Made by a program: the position numbers and the translations under genes
Shown here: positions 12,222 through 26,095 of the stretch, in pieces
Layout of the letters: every line of letters starts with the position of its first letter
How positions within the stretch are numbered: the first letter of the stretch is position 1
NCBI GenBank assembly: GCA_040285825.1
Contig: JAUPSS010000004.1
Span: 2,398,550-2,462,549, forward strand
Length of the DNA: 64,000 nt
Source of the DNA: Eukaryota sp. TZLM1-RC
Lineage: Eukaryota; Protista; Metamonada: BaSk clade
Direction of reading: 5' to 3'
Notes under the pieces: model-generated
What the model was told of the DNA's origin: nothing
The model's database searches: none
The model's input: the letters and a program-made list of their open reading frames with translations, nothing else

Positions 12222-15200
12222 ATGGAAGCCGTTCGTCCCAAGAAACAACGTCAACGCAAAAAAACCTCTGCTGTCAAAAATGACCCTCCTCCAATAGCAC
12301 CTCTTCAACAATCAGTGCCTCCAAAATCGACCCATCACTCAACTTCTGGAAAAACTATCACTCAACCAGTCAGCAAACCAACATCGACCCCCTCTAAAAC
12401 ATCTCAGCCTACGTCAAAACCTAACCATGAACCATCTAAAACAAAGGGGGACACATCTGACTCAAAAACCCAACCACCACAGCCCAGTTCTCGCTCTATG
12501 GAAGACTTGGAGTCAGCACTTGGATCACAACACCAACCAGTTGAGCAGGATCAACTAGCTTCCCCATCCACCCTTCCCATGTATGATCTTACCTCCATGT
12601 CGTCTCCAATGTATGTTATGGATGATGTGATGGACGCTCCTCCTTTGGAACTACCTCCGGAACCTGTGGTTGCTTCCACTAATGCCGTTTTGGAGGAGAA
12701 ATGGGAAAAGGTCCAACAAGAAGTTGATTTCATGGATCAGTCTAGAGAGTTTATTGAGCAGATTTGGTCAAGAAAGGTCCCGAAAAGTCATGAAAAGTCA
12801 AGTAAATTCTTCAATCTGGTTTTGGCATTTGAAGATGCTTTTAAAAGATTCTCAACCTCTTTCAATACCTTAGTTTCTCATTTCAACCATTCCCAAGATC
12901 TTTACTCCAAGTTATTTGAAAAAACTAATAGTGTAGCTAAAGGTAATGCACGTTGTCTCTGTGGGCGTAATGTAACTGTTAATGCGAATTATTCAATATT
13001 TAAATTAAATTCTGGGAAAGCTTCTGATTTGAATATTACTTTGAAATCTAGTATTAATGTATTAAGAGAGGATTTTTTACAAGCTAAAATGGATTTGGCA
13101 AAGTTTAGGTTCAAGGTTGAACAATATTTACAAGATTTTTTGATTCTTGAATATCCTTTTAACAGAAAAGTCGTTGCTTTTGATGATGGAATTGATCCAA
13201 ACTCTCTGTCGGAAGCCAGTCAATCATCAATCAATCATATTTTTGATTGTCTTTTGATTTTGCTTGGGTTTTCTAAATTTGATGATTCATGTTCTGATGC
13301 CCTCTTCAACTTTTCTCATGTTGGGCCCATATTGTCTTCTTTTTTTAATTCAATTGCTTTACCTCATCAGAATGGAGTCATGATTACCCATTCATGTCCA
13401 AATTTATTCAATAAGTCAATTAATTACTATATTAATTTCATTATTCAAAAGATTTTATGTCATTTAGATTTAAAAAACCACCGTAAACTATATGCAATCC
13501 TTCTCTCCTGTCCCGGAACTTGTCTTTTTCACAAGGGGTCTTTAGGATTCCCCTTGACTTTTGGTGGTTTCTTCTCAGACACTCAAGTTTTTCATATTCT
13601 GGGATTGTTGAATTATTTTTGTAGCTATGCAGAGCGGCAATTAAGTAATAGTAACTGGCAATTGATTGAAGAAGATTTATCAGTTTTGATTGAGAGGTTG
13701 CCGGTTGGGTTTGCAATCAAATCTTTGATTGAGAGTCAGTTTCCACCAAATGACATCACGTTTTGCATTACTAATTTGCTTATAATCATTCATGATTTGC
13801 TAGTCTTACTTAAAGATTGCTCAAATTATTTAATCCATTCTTTTTCAAAATTAATTGTTTTTCTTTCCTTAGCAGTAACCGATTCAAATTTAAGTTCAAA
13901 GGATACAATACTTTCTCAATGTTGTAATATTCTTTTTGAATTACCCCAATGCTGGAGCCTACTGAGCTCTTTACCTTTAAATCAATTTTCACAGCCTACT
14001 TGTTTAGAGTTGGTTACCTTAATTGTAACTGGTGAAGTTGTTCATATTCCTCCTATCGAAACGTATAGTCAATGGAAGTCTCTTGACCTGAGGCTCAATA
14101 AGTCTGTTTTTGAGAATCCTAAAGCGGATTTCCTTCTTTCTGTTTTCTATTTCCTAACTCTGAACAACGTCGAGCCTCTTACATCTATTTGTTTCAGTTT
14201 GCTTTTTGAAATTGGAATTGTTACATTCTCTGAAACAGCATTATTCACCCCAAGTGTAAACTTTATCAGAGATGTTTTATTAATTCATCCGAAAATAGTG
14301 GTTCTTTTGTTTGATTTGTTCAATCAATTTAATGTTCCAGTCAGTGATTATGTAAAAGTTGTAAAGAAAATACCAAAAATCACACATTTTGCTGTGATTT
14401 CAAGGTTTTTTGACGAATTTCTGACTAATCATCAATATACGTTTGCACTGACTCTTTTAAATCAATTAAATGTTACAAAGTTTTCAGCTTCAGACAAAGT
14501 GAATCTTTCCCTTAGCCTAATTAATCACCACTCCGAGTTTCTTACGCAAATTCCAAAGGAATTAATTTCTGCAGTAGTTCATAATAACTTATACTCAGTT
14601 TCCAATTCACTTAAACATTTAAAAAACGATCCTATAATTAATTTGTTATTTACTCAATCCCAAATTTTGGCACGTTTGTTTCTTCCTACTCGAGAAGAGC
14701 TCATGACACATCTCATTGACAAGGGTCCTGTCTTTGTTTTGGATCACGTTCAACAAGATTCTTCAACCCAGTCCAAAATTCAAGAAGCTATTGAGAGTCA
14801 ATTGAGAGGACCATTAGATATCAAGCTGCTTCTACAGCAGAATGCACTATTGAATTTACCTTTACTCGCAACGTTTGTTAGTTTTTTAGAAATTGATTAT
14901 GAGGTTTTGGCACTTTTATTGTATCAATTCAGTTCAGGTGATTTGTTTGAATTGCTTGTTTCCATCAATCAAACTGATTTGATTGTTTCCTTGATGTCTG
15001 TTTTGATTACTAAGTGTCCGTCACTGATTAAGCTCAAAACTTGCAAGGTTTTTGATCATTTGAATGCAAAAGCCCAACTTTACCTCGGGTTCATTATTTT
15101 TTCATATAGTTGTGCTTCTTTTTTCGACTCAATTTTCCATTTGAACTGGTTAGAATCACCTTCAACTCTATCTTTTTTGAACAACTGCTCTTTATTATCA

Positions 15201-18200
15201 TTATATTCAAGGGAATTTTTTGAGTTAATTTCTAAAGGTTTTTCGAGTAAGTACAGGTATTCAGAAGGAGTTTTTGACTTTTATCTATATAAAACGATAG
15301 GCAAAACCAAGATTAAACATCCTAAACCGTTCAAATTAGATCAATATGTTTATTTAAATTATATTTTACTATTAATTCAACAGTTAAACTTTGAATTAAA
15401 CCATATTTCTGCCTTAAAGTCAGCTTTACAAGGTATTTCAAACCACAAATTAGCATTTCTGTCTGGAAAACAACGAAATATTACTCAGTTTGTTGATAGC
15501 TGCTCTGTTATCAAGTCCTTGGAACGAATTGAAAAACATTCTGATCATAGTGTTTTGCCTTTACTTTATACTCTTACCCATACTAGAGGGTTCCTCTGTG
15601 AATCATTAGGGACAGACCTGCTTAGATATTTACCAAATTTTCCCGAAAAACAAGCAAAAGTGATGAAATTTTTGGAAAATGTGGACTCGATTGACTCTGA
15701 GCTTTTGTTGATCCCTACTTTAATATCCACTCCTTCCCAATCCCAACAGACTGTAGAATCGGCTGCTCAAATTTTTTTACCTTTTAACTACTCTTTTATT
15801 TTAAAAACTGTTCAGGAATTAATTCAATCTATTTGGGGTTTAACTGAATCTCCCCATCAACACCACCAATCAAAAAGTCAATCAGTTTCCCGCAAAAAGT
15901 CCTGCCTGGTCAATGAAATGATTAAACAATCACCTCTTCCCAAATTATTTATTAATGAATCTTATCTCAACAATGTTTTAGAATTCCCCTCAAATATAAT
16001 AGAAAAGGGTGAAGAATTCACCAATAGCCTATTAAATCAAACAGTCAGTGAAGTTTCTCGACTAGCTGAGTCTATAAAAACTCTAGATTCTTGTAATTAT
16101 GATCTTGTTAATTCTTTTATCTCACAAGTTTTGTTAACAAAAACTAACAGAGAAAGTGCAAATTCTAGATGTTTGTGTGGTCGCCCAGTTTCCACAATGG
16201 TCACGACATATACTTCGGAATTTGATAATCGGATTTTGAAATTAATTATGGAGAATAGAGGAGCTTTCGGCGAAACTTTTGCTTCATCTTTGTTTGTGGA
16301 GCATTTGTCTCGGGTTTTTGTTCAGTTGGATCAAATTTGTCATATAATACGCTCAAAACACACGTCATCTGACACGTCATCTTTAGGAATATCATTGACC
16401 TGTAATTTACTCAATAGATTTAATTTATTTGCCACTCCAGATTGCATTTTTCGTAAAGAATATATGTCTTTATGCAGCGTTTTTCTATTTATGTTTGGTA
16501 AAAATGAAACAATTCTTGACCAATTATTATCAAATTTACTAGATTCTAGCAATTCAGGTCCCATTTTTGATTTTTTACTTGGACATTTTCATCCTCATGA
16601 ATGTCCCGCTGCATTTCCACGTTTGTATGCAAAAGTCTGCCAAAGTCCTGCTCATGTACGGTCAAAAATCTTGACTTCATTTGACTATGCCAAGTTTATT
16701 TCATCCGCCAACATTATTTCCTGTAACGAAATGTTGGATTTTTTATTATTTGTAGTTGACAAATTAGATGAAGCAATTCATAAGGTTTTCCTGGAACAAT
16801 TAATCATTAATCTGATCACCAGAGATTCTGCTGCCGCTATTCTTTCGTATATTTTCAAAAAATCAAATCTTTCAATTATTGGACTTGAACTCTTCGTGGA
16901 AGCAATAAGTAATGTTTCTTTGGGGTCTACAATCATTGATGTATCCAATGTTGTCTTCTCCTTCCTCAGTGATTTGGTATCACGGCACCCATCAAATCTG
17001 ATTACTGACATTTTAGGACCAACATCTTCTGTAATTGTGATCAGACTTTGTGTGAATTTGGTTAAGAATTTTTCTCTTTCTGACTCACTTTCGTTTAAAA
17101 ATCAATTCAACCAGGTTTTAAATAATTCATTAGGCCCATTTTTCTATTTGAGTCCTCAACAAATCAATTTTTCTGAATCTGAGTTTTCAAATAGTTATAG
17201 TATTTTATTGAATATGCTTTCTGAAATTCTTCCAAATTTAAGCCAAGCTGCCAGTAACATTTACTTTGGATTTCTTTGTGATTATGTTGTTTTGAGAACT
17301 CCATCTAGTATTTGTCTGAATTCAATTTTATTACAATTGTTTTCATCAAGCTTATCCCCAGATTTTGAAATTTCTTCAGTATTCGTTCAGTCATTAATAG
17401 AGATCACAAATCGTGTTGATTTTGACCTGATACTGACTCTCATAAAGTCGACAGGCACGTTTCCTGCGTCGTTCTGTAATTGTTCTATTAGTTGTGGAAA
17501 GCTAATAACCCTCTTCCGAACTGGTGCCTCTAAACTCGGCACAACAAGTCCTTTTATTATTTCTTTTCTCAATTATTTTATTCAATCGTTTAACCCTCAG
17601 TTAGGCTTTGATGAAATTATCACACCATTTGAGCGAGAGAATCTGTTGCAACATCAATTAATATTTCTGGCTATTGTTTTGGGTCATTTGTGTACTTTTT
17701 CTATTACAACAGTGGAAAATTCACTTGATATTCTCAACACTGTGGATTTGGACGCTTCCAATCAGTCAGAACTGATTGAGTATCTTTGCCACGTCATCAT
17801 TATCACCTTATCACGTGAGAGAACAGTAACACATCACGTTTTGTTAAGAAACTTGGTCAATCCTTTTTACAATAATGATCAATATCAAGAATTTTTATTA
17901 AAACCATTATTTTGTATTTCCAACAAATGCAACTTGTTCGAATTTATTGCCCTTCCCATAATGGTGATGAATTTACCATCTAAATTTATTGCAAAAATTC
18001 TAAATACATGTTTCAATTCAGTTGTTTTGGAAAATTTCAACCCCACGTTTGTTCGACGTGTTGAGCTTTTCCTGAGCTCTACTCCTGTCAGTGATGAGCT
18101 CTTGACAAATATTTGCCTCATATCTTGTGATAATGATTGGTATTTTTCGATTTTTTTCGTGCTAATGTGTGCACAATTGAGTAATCAGATGTCTAATTCA

Positions 18201-18680
18201 TTATTTACAATGATTTCTACGTTTATTCTAAACAAAATCAATTCGACTTTTGCTTTTTCAGAAGAAATTATTGCTGGTTTGCTGGCTCTTATACCAGATC
18301 TAATTTTATTCAAAAATTCCCAACTTGTTTCTTTAATCAATTCTTTTACACTCAATCTTTCCAATTCTACTGCAAAAGTATCTGTTTTAAAGAAAGTTTT
18401 CACTAAATTTCACTACTCAGAAGCTTTTAGGCTTGTTTGTAGAATGGTTTTATTTAGAATTAACCAGCAATTAAATTGTAAATCCAATGATTTACTTAAG
18501 GAAATTACCAAAGCTCTAGGAACACGAGGCTTGAGTGACTTGGGTTCTGTTTCTGGTTCTATTTTGAAAGAATTGAATGATCAAAAGTTTATGATCACTA
18601 TTATTACTGAATATATATGGCCAAAATGCATTGAATTGAAGCATTTGAAACAACTTTTTCCTGTTTTAAGTTTAAAGTAA
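12222..18680 (+). CDS. EPG5: EPG5-like autophagosome-lysosome tether (2152 aa)
   Basis: MEAVRPK N-terminus, low-complexity head, then segments resembling EPG5 from memory (RCLCGRNV..Y..FKLN..L..RFKVEQYL; H..L..LLSCPG; LIEEDL..LI..LP); long helical body. Confidence 0.65.
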   Translation: MEAVRPKKQRQRKKTSAVKNDPPPIAPLQQSVPPKSTHHSTSGKTITQPVSKPTSTPSKTSQPTSKPNHEPSKTKGDTSDSKTQPPQPSSRSMEDLESALGSQHQPVEQDQLASPSTLPMYDLTSMSSPMYVMDDVMDAPPLELPPEPVVASTNAVLEEKWEKVQQEVDFMDQSREFIEQIWSRKVPKSHEKSSKFFNLVLAFEDAFKRFSTSFNTLVSHFNHSQDLYSKLFEKTNSVAKGNARCLCGRNVTVNANYSIFKLNSGKASDLNITLKSSINVLREDFLQAKMDLAKFRFKVEQYLQDFLILEYPFNRKVVAFDDGIDPNSLSEASQSSINHIFDCLLILLGFSKFDDSCSDALFNFSHVGPILSSFFNSIALPHQNGVMITHSCPNLFNKSINYYINFIIQKILCHLDLKNHRKLYAILLSCPGTCLFHKGSLGFPLTFGGFFSDTQVFHILGLLNYFCSYAERQLSNSNWQLIEEDLSVLIERLPVGFAIKSLIESQFPPNDITFCITNLLIIIHDLLVLLKDCSNYLIHSFSKLIVFLSLAVTDSNLSSKDTILSQCCNILFELPQCWSLLSSLPLNQFSQPTCLELVTLIVTGEVVHIPPIETYSQWKSLDLRLNKSVFENPKADFLLSVFYFLTLNNVEPLTSICFSLLFEIGIVTFSETALFTPSVNFIRDVLLIHPKIVVLLFDLFNQFNVPVSDYVKVVKKIPKITHFAVISRFFDEFLTNHQYTFALTLLNQLNVTKFSASDKVNLSLSLINHHSEFLTQIPKELISAVVHNNLYSVSNSLKHLKNDPIINLLFTQSQILARLFLPTREELMTHLIDKGPVFVLDHVQQDSSTQSKIQEAIESQLRGPLDIKLLLQQNALLNLPLLATFVSFLEIDYEVLALLLYQFSSGDLFELLVSINQTDLIVSLMSVLITKCPSLIKLKTCKVFDHLNAKAQLYLGFIIFSYSCASFFDSIFHLNWLESPSTLSFLNNCSLLSLYSREFFELISKGFSSKYRYSEGVFDFYLYKTIGKTKIKHPKPFKLDQYVYLNYILLLIQQLNFELNHISALKSALQGISNHKLAFLSGKQRNITQFVDSCSVIKSLERIEKHSDHSVLPLLYTLTHTRGFLCESLGTDLLRYLPNFPEKQAKVMKFLENVDSIDSELLLIPTLISTPSQSQQTVESAAQIFLPFNYSFILKTVQELIQSIWGLTESPHQHHQSKSQSVSRKKSCLVNEMIKQSPLPKLFINESYLNNVLEFPSNIIEKGEEFTNSLLNQTVSEVSRLAESIKTLDSCNYDLVNSFISQVLLTKTNRESANSRCLCGRPVSTMVTTYTSEFDNRILKLIMENRGAFGETFASSLFVEHLSRVFVQLDQICHIIRSKHTSSDTSSLGISLTCNLLNRFNLFATPDCIFRKEYMSLCSVFLFMFGKNETILDQLLSNLLDSSNSGPIFDFLLGHFHPHECPAAFPRLYAKVCQSPAHVRSKILTSFDYAKFISSANIISCNEMLDFLLFVVDKLDEAIHKVFLEQLIINLITRDSAAAILSYIFKKSNLSIIGLELFVEAISNVSLGSTIIDVSNVVFSFLSDLVSRHPSNLITDILGPTSSVIVIRLCVNLVKNFSLSDSLSFKNQFNQVLNNSLGPFFYLSPQQINFSESEFSNSYSILLNMLSEILPNLSQAASNIYFGFLCDYVVLRTPSSICLNSILLQLFSSSLSPDFEISSVFVQSLIEITNRVDFDLILTLIKSTGTFPASFCNCSISCGKLITLFRTGASKLGTTSPFIISFLNYFIQSFNPQLGFDEIITPFERENLLQHQLIFLAIVLGHLCTFSITTVENSLDILNTVDLDASNQSELIEYLCHVIIITLSRERTVTHHVLLRNLVNPFYNNDQYQEFLLKPLFCISNKCNLFEFIALPIMVMNLPSKFIAKILNTCFNSVVLENFNPTFVRRVELFLSSTPVSDELLTNICLISCDNDWYFSIFFVLMCAQLSNQMSNSLFTMISTFILNKINSTFAFSEEIIAGLLALIPDLILFKNSQLVSLINSFTLNLSNSTAKVSVLKKVFTKFHYSEAFRLVCRMVLFRINQQLNCKSNDLLKEITKALGTRGLSDLGSVSGSILKELNDQKFMITIITEYIWPKCIELKHLKQLFPVLSLK

Positions 18681-19360
18681 GGTTGTTTAGTTGGTTTCTT
18701 GATGTTTCCGGGATGTCTTTATGATTTGCCTGATAGTAATTACACTATTCTTTTGTAAATAAAACTTTCTTTTTGCTTTTTATATTTTACACCTCTTATT
18801 ATGAGAACAGGTTGTTCTGTTGCAACAAAAATTTCCCCAAACTGATCAGTTATTTTAAATCAACTTTACCATTATTTAGTCGGTATTTTTATGTCTTGTT
18901 TACAATTACAATCGTATAAATTCGTGACGATTTACCATTAAACGCAATTATGAAGGTTAATATAAAGGATGGCTATTACTTCTTTAATAAAATTACATGT
19001 AGATAGTGGAAGTGAGAACGACTCTCATCACCTTCATGCAGTGCATCAGATCATGGAACTCTCGATAACAGTACCAAAACACATTTTCCCAAAATATTTC
19101 AAATACTATTAACCAAGTAACAGAGGAGTACGGGTTACTGACATTGAAAAAGAGTTAAACAGAGAACACTGACCAATTAATTTGTCAAATCAATACTCAC
19201 TCACAGTGAACTGAACTAATAATGGTGATTAGTTAGATGGACTCGAGCCTCAAAATAAACTCGAACAAAGCATGGTGAATGTATATGCACCAAGTTGATA
19301 CAGGCTTATTTTTGACTCCTGGGAAAGGTGTTTCCGTTTTCTTCCTTTTTTTTCTTCAAA

Positions 19361-21065
<1,705 letters not shown>

Positions 21066-22249
21066 TTTCTGACCCCCTTTTTTGCTTAATAAATATTTTT
21101 GCCTTTACCATTCTTATTAATTGTTTTTGTCTTAAAGAAATTCCAAAGGAATGGGCAACGGAGCAAATTTCACTTGAAACAGCGTTTCTCACTTCTGTTA
21201 GGTTTCCAACAGTCTGAATTAGATTTTCTTATCAAGCAAGTATGTCCAAATAGTTGCGGCATTTTTGCAATTCTTTACTCCCTGAGTAAAGAGCCATCAT
21301 CTATTATTGTTTGCAGACAAGAATTACAATTAACTGTTCGATACGAATCAGTTTTTTACAATTTGGGTGGCCCATACCCCCAGGCAGTTGTAAGGGCCAT
21401 TCAGTACTCTAGATGAAAAGCATTGTCTATCATCATTGCCAAACTATAATGGTACACATTAACGGAACAGTCCAGAAAATTAATGTACAATGGATTCATT
21501 CACAAAAAGTCCATTCACAATGTTGTATCTCCAGTATCTGGAAAAGACACTTGTAGCCGCTGCTCAAGGTACAATGCTGATGAAATCAGACTTTCAGCAG
21601 TATCAAATATTCCAAACAAACGGAAAACATGATACAGTCGTTAATTAATTCAAAAAATTTCATTCAAAAATATTCTACTCAACTCAAATTGGTTGAAGGA
21701 TTGAATTTTTTCACTCAATAATTGTGTTAGCCCGTTAGAAATAGATAGTATTGATCAAACAACGATGATTGTTGCAAATTGGGAAGGAAATTTGTCCCAA
21801 TCCAATTAAGTTTTTTTGTTTTAAAAAATTGAAATTATTTTGATGAAAATGGCATCAAATCAACAGAGAGCAGTATTTCATTAGGAATTGTTAAGACCTT
21901 TCACATGGTTGGGTAAATTAAATCAATCAACCTCTAAGAGGTACGAGATTCGCTGCTACAAATAGAAGTTGTGACCAAGTATTAATTGTGTTTGCAAACT
22001 TAAAGTAGCAACAATTTATGAAAATGAAGAACTAGTGAACATAAAAGTTTGGTTTAGAAAGGTTGGTTGAGAGATTGCTTTAATTGATGTGTTTCCAACC
22101 ACTTCCTGTTCGTTCAATTGTAAGTATAAGGAAAAAGGGCAAAAAGTGTTAAAAGCAAGTCCGAAAGTGTCAGAAAATCTCCCACCCAAGAGGTGACAGA
22201 TGGAGGCACAAAACGTGAGCATTTTTGTAATTAATTCGACTTCTTGCAT

Positions 22250-24637
22250 TGGTTTTTTTAATCAGAAGTTTTTTCGGTTATCAAAAAGAGACCTCGTGGT
22301 AAGTCTGCCGGACTTTCTGGTATTACTATTGATCATGTAAAAGCCGCAATTATTTCTTCAGAAGATTGCCTTGGTTTATTGACCAAATTTTTCAACCAAA
22401 TATTATCTGGTCAACGCAAATACTCAGATGAATTAAGAAGTTCTCGTTTGACTGCACTTGTCAAAAATTCAAAAATGGATGTTCGTCCTATTGCAGTCTC
22501 TGAGAGCTTACACAATATTTTTTCTGCGTGTTGCTTAAGCAGGTTCAATGAGAAAGCAAAGAAAATTTTATTACCCTTTCAATATGGTATTAATACCACA
22601 GGTGGAGTCTCTTCAGCGATGTTTGCTACTGATGTATTATTTCGTCAAAATGAATCCAATGTTTGTATGTCATTGGATTTTAGTAATGCATTCAATTCAC
22701 TCAGTCGTCACAGTATCCATGGTGCTTTATTGCAATACATGCCGGAATTAATGCCGTATTTTCAATCAACATATAGCACATGTTCTAATTTACATTTTGG
22801 TAATAACATTTTGAGTTCATCAAGTGGTGTAAAGCAAGGAGATCCGTTAGGACCTCTTTTGTTTTGTTTGGCCATTCATCCTATTTTATTGCAAATTCAA
22901 GAGATGGTTCCTGCGCTAAAAATGATTGCATATATGGATGATGTTGTGCTTATTGGTGATTTAAATATTGTGAAACAAGCAACTGCATGTTTTAAAGAAT
23001 TGTTTCCCAAAATTGGTCTCCGACTGAATTTACTTAAATGTGTTTTGTTATCGAATTCTCCAGTTTCCACAATAGTTGATGGTATTGAAATTCAAGCCAA
23101 ATTATATTCAATTGATGCTATTCGTCATTTGGGTTCGTTTTTAGGAAATAATGATGAAATTACCAAAAAATTGTTTGAAAAGTTGAACTCAATTTCTGAC
23201 AAAATTGACCGAATGATGAATTTAGATAAAAAAAACACATCAAATTTACCATTATAAGACTGTGTTTTAGTTCCAATTTTAATTATATATTTTGATCTAC
23301 AAATCCTCTCGTCACTAGACCTTTGGCTCAGAAGTTTAATGAATTACGTGCAAAAGTTCTGTCTCAATTACTGGGATGTAAAATGTTCCAAATTCCAGAT
23401 CATGCTTACCTTAGTCCACATTATGGTGGTTTAGGTTGGACAAAGGCTTCTATTCTTACCTCGTGTGCTTTTGTTGGAGGATGCAGAAATGTAATCTTTG
23501 AGTTTTTTGAAAGATTTGCAGATTGGGAAGATTTATTGATGACAACGCAAAGTTCTACTGTTTTTGCATTAAATGAAGAAATATCAAAAATTGATGCAGA
23601 AAAATGGAGTCGATGTGTTCCCCAATCATTCAATGGCAATATTTCAGAAAAAAAATGTTTTAAATTTAAAATACACTCTTCGAATATTACAGAAACGATT
23701 GACTGGAATGTGTGAAAATGATGTTTATAATAATATATGCAGCTCGGCTGTTTTAAATCAAAATCTTCACTCATTCTTATTGGAGAAGGGTGTTTGTGAA
23801 AACAAGTCGTCAGATTCTTCACTTTTTGTAACCATTGTACCACGAAGATTTGGACTGTGTGCTACTACTGATGCATTTGTAACAAAAATGAAATTATATT
23901 CGAATATCCCCATTAATCAATTACTATCAAAAGAAAAATGTATTTGTTCGAATTCACCTCAGCTCATTTTGCGCCATGCTCTGAATTGCTCTAAATTGAT
24001 AACTTATTGTTCTTCATTACATGATGCTGTTAGAGACACTGTTTTCAATATGGCACAAACTGCAAGAATAGCGTGTATCAAAGAGCCCCTGCTGAAAGAA
24101 ACACTTTCTCTAAATAATTTTGGTTCTGATGATAGAGGTGATGTATACTGTGATTGGATTGATAATTCTGATGCTATTGTTGACTTTGTCTCATGTAATG
24201 TTGCAAATGATACTTTGGTTCACAGAAGAAAACTTAATCCTGTGGCTGCTCTGGATTTTAAAGCAAAAGAGAAACACAGAAAATATGATGAAGATATTGA
24301 AGAGGCTAATGCCGATAGAAATACACAGCTGGTATTTATTGCTTTCCCATTTTCGATAAATGGAAGATTATCAGATGAAGCAGAAACTTTTTTGAATGAC
24401 TTCCAAAAAATGGTGCAAGAAAAGACAATGAAAAGATTTGATATTTTTTTATGGCGTTCACGTTTTCAATTTGCCATTATTAATAGATTACCTCGGTTTT
24501 TCAATCGAATAAGAGAAGCTTTAGCTTGACAGCAAGCAGATCAAGATATTGTAGAGGAAATCTTGGTTCAATGATATTCGTCCCATTAGTATTGAGTTAA
24601 TTTAATTAAGAGTGTAAATTCAATAAATAAAAAAAAG
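22250..24637 (+). mobile_element. CRE-like non-LTR retrotransposon (RT + CCHC + RLE), disrupted, with poly(A) tail; may extend 5' toward ~21130
   Basis: KSAGLSG, VRPIAV, LDFSNAFNSL, GVKQGDPLGPLLF, AYMDD, GGLG, CxC..HALNC, HDAVRD, EP..RGD..D; frameshifts at A-runs and a stop near 23294; AATAAA plus A-tail. Confidence 0.92.
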
Positions 24638-24658
24638 TTTTTTTAATTGGAGAAAAAT

Positions 24659-25032
24659 TAAACATTTAAACAAGGCTGAAGATCGTAAGAGAGATAAATA
24701 TACTGGGATATTAAATGATTTAAATAAGAACCTTTATTCGAAGTTTTCGTTTGTTCCTTTTGCCTTATCGATTTTTGGCAACATTGGACAATCCGCCTTG
24801 AATTTCATCAATGATTTTGGTAATTTATGTCGTTCAAGTGGTAAGAATTTTGCAGGGAATTTATGGAAGAATCGTATCATTTTCGCTTTGTACAGAAGTG
24901 TTCCCAAGTACTTGAGTTTAATGATGTCCAAACTTTATAAGGATTCATCAAGAGTTGGTGTGGAGAATTTAGTTTCTTATGTGTTTTAGTTTATTTTGTT
25001 TTTGTTTTAATTTGATTCCTCGAAAACAAATA
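24659..25032 (+). mobile_element. 5'-truncated CRE-like insertion with 14-bp TSD
   Basis: FVPFALSIFGNIG..LWKNRIIFALY; AATTGGAGAAAAAT at 24645-24658 and 25033-25046. Confidence 0.85.
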
Positions 25033-25081
25033 AATTGGAGAAAAATAAGTTTTCTTTTACACATTTATAAACAATATTAGA

Positions 25082-26095
25082 ATGGATGTCAGCTCGTTTC
25101 AGGAGTCACTACTGTTGACATCACTGAGTGCTGCTCGTTCCCGAATTTCTGCTCTTCATGACCTTCCCAAATCCCTACCTTCATTACCTTTCGATGACCA
25201 GTATTTTTCCCCAAGCTCTTACGCTGCTCTTTTTGCCGAAAGAATTCCTTTACGCTCACCATATAGAGTGTCCACCTCCTCCAACCACATTGCCATATCG
25301 TCACTTGCGGGAGTAGTCCATCTCATAGACCCAGCTTCCATGACCATTCACACCAACCTTACCACTCTCTCACATCGCAATACTGTCCTCAACTTTCTTT
25401 CTCCCTCTACACTCTGTTTTGGTGACTCTGATGGTAACCTTGCTGTTCACGCCCTTGAAGATTCAACCACAACAACGAACAAACCGTTCTCCGACAGTTT
25501 TGTTACCTCCATTCATTCTATTTTGGATCATGTACTTTTAACTTCAAGTAATGGGTTTTTATCAATACACGCACCAGATGCAAACTCCTCTATTTTTGAG
25601 CGTCACGTGAGTAGGTCAAAAATCACCACATCATCACGTCATCCCGACCAATCAGTTGCCGCTCTAGCCAGTCGGGGGTCAATTTCACTTTGGGATTTAA
25701 GAAATGGAAATCGGGTAGGTTTATTACCAAATTCACATCCTGAAACCTGCAGTTCGTTGGATTTCCATCAAAATGGATTTTACTTGGCTTCTGGGGGGAC
25801 TGACAATTTAATCAATGTTTATGATATAAGAAAATTAGAGAAAGTATATGAAGTTTTTAATCATCGACGTGTAATATCACGTGTTCGCTGGCTTGACTCT
25901 CCAAGACCTGTGCTAGTCTCGAGTTGTTTTGAAGGTAATATGGTTGTTCGTGATGTCTTGCTAAATAGAAACTTAACCGAGTATCAAGGTCATGACGGTC
26001 GAGTTGTCGATTTTGATCTAATCAATCATTCTGATTTGACCATGATTAGCATAGGCAGTGATGGTCTATATAAGTTTTGGGGTAATGTTTGTTGA
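25082..26095 (+). CDS. PRPF4: WD40 protein, U4/U6 snRNP Prp4-like
   Basis: SL..AR.R N-terminal motif, HPDQSVAA..LWDLRNG, FHQNGFYLASGGTDN...YDIRK, GHDGRV, DG.YKFW. Confidence 0.7.
   Translation: MDVSSFQESLLLTSLSAARSRISALHDLPKSLPSLPFDDQYFSPSSYAALFAERIPLRSPYRVSTSSNHIAISSLAGVVHLIDPASMTIHTNLTTLSHRNTVLNFLSPSTLCFGDSDGNLAVHALEDSTTTTNKPFSDSFVTSIHSILDHVLLTSSNGFLSIHAPDANSSIFERHVSRSKITTSSRHPDQSVAALASRGSISLWDLRNGNRVGLLPNSHPETCSSLDFHQNGFYLASGGTDNLINVYDIRKLEKVYEVFNHRRVISRVRWLDSPRPVLVSSCFEGNMVVRDVLLNRNLTEYQGHDGRVVDFDLINHSDLTMISIGSDGLYKFWGNVC

Noticed and set aside
22379-24529. Intact retrotransposon broken only by homopolymer sequencing errors or programmed frameshifts
   Set aside because: Shifts do fall in A-runs, but an in-frame TGA near 23294 indicates real decay; raw reads would be needed
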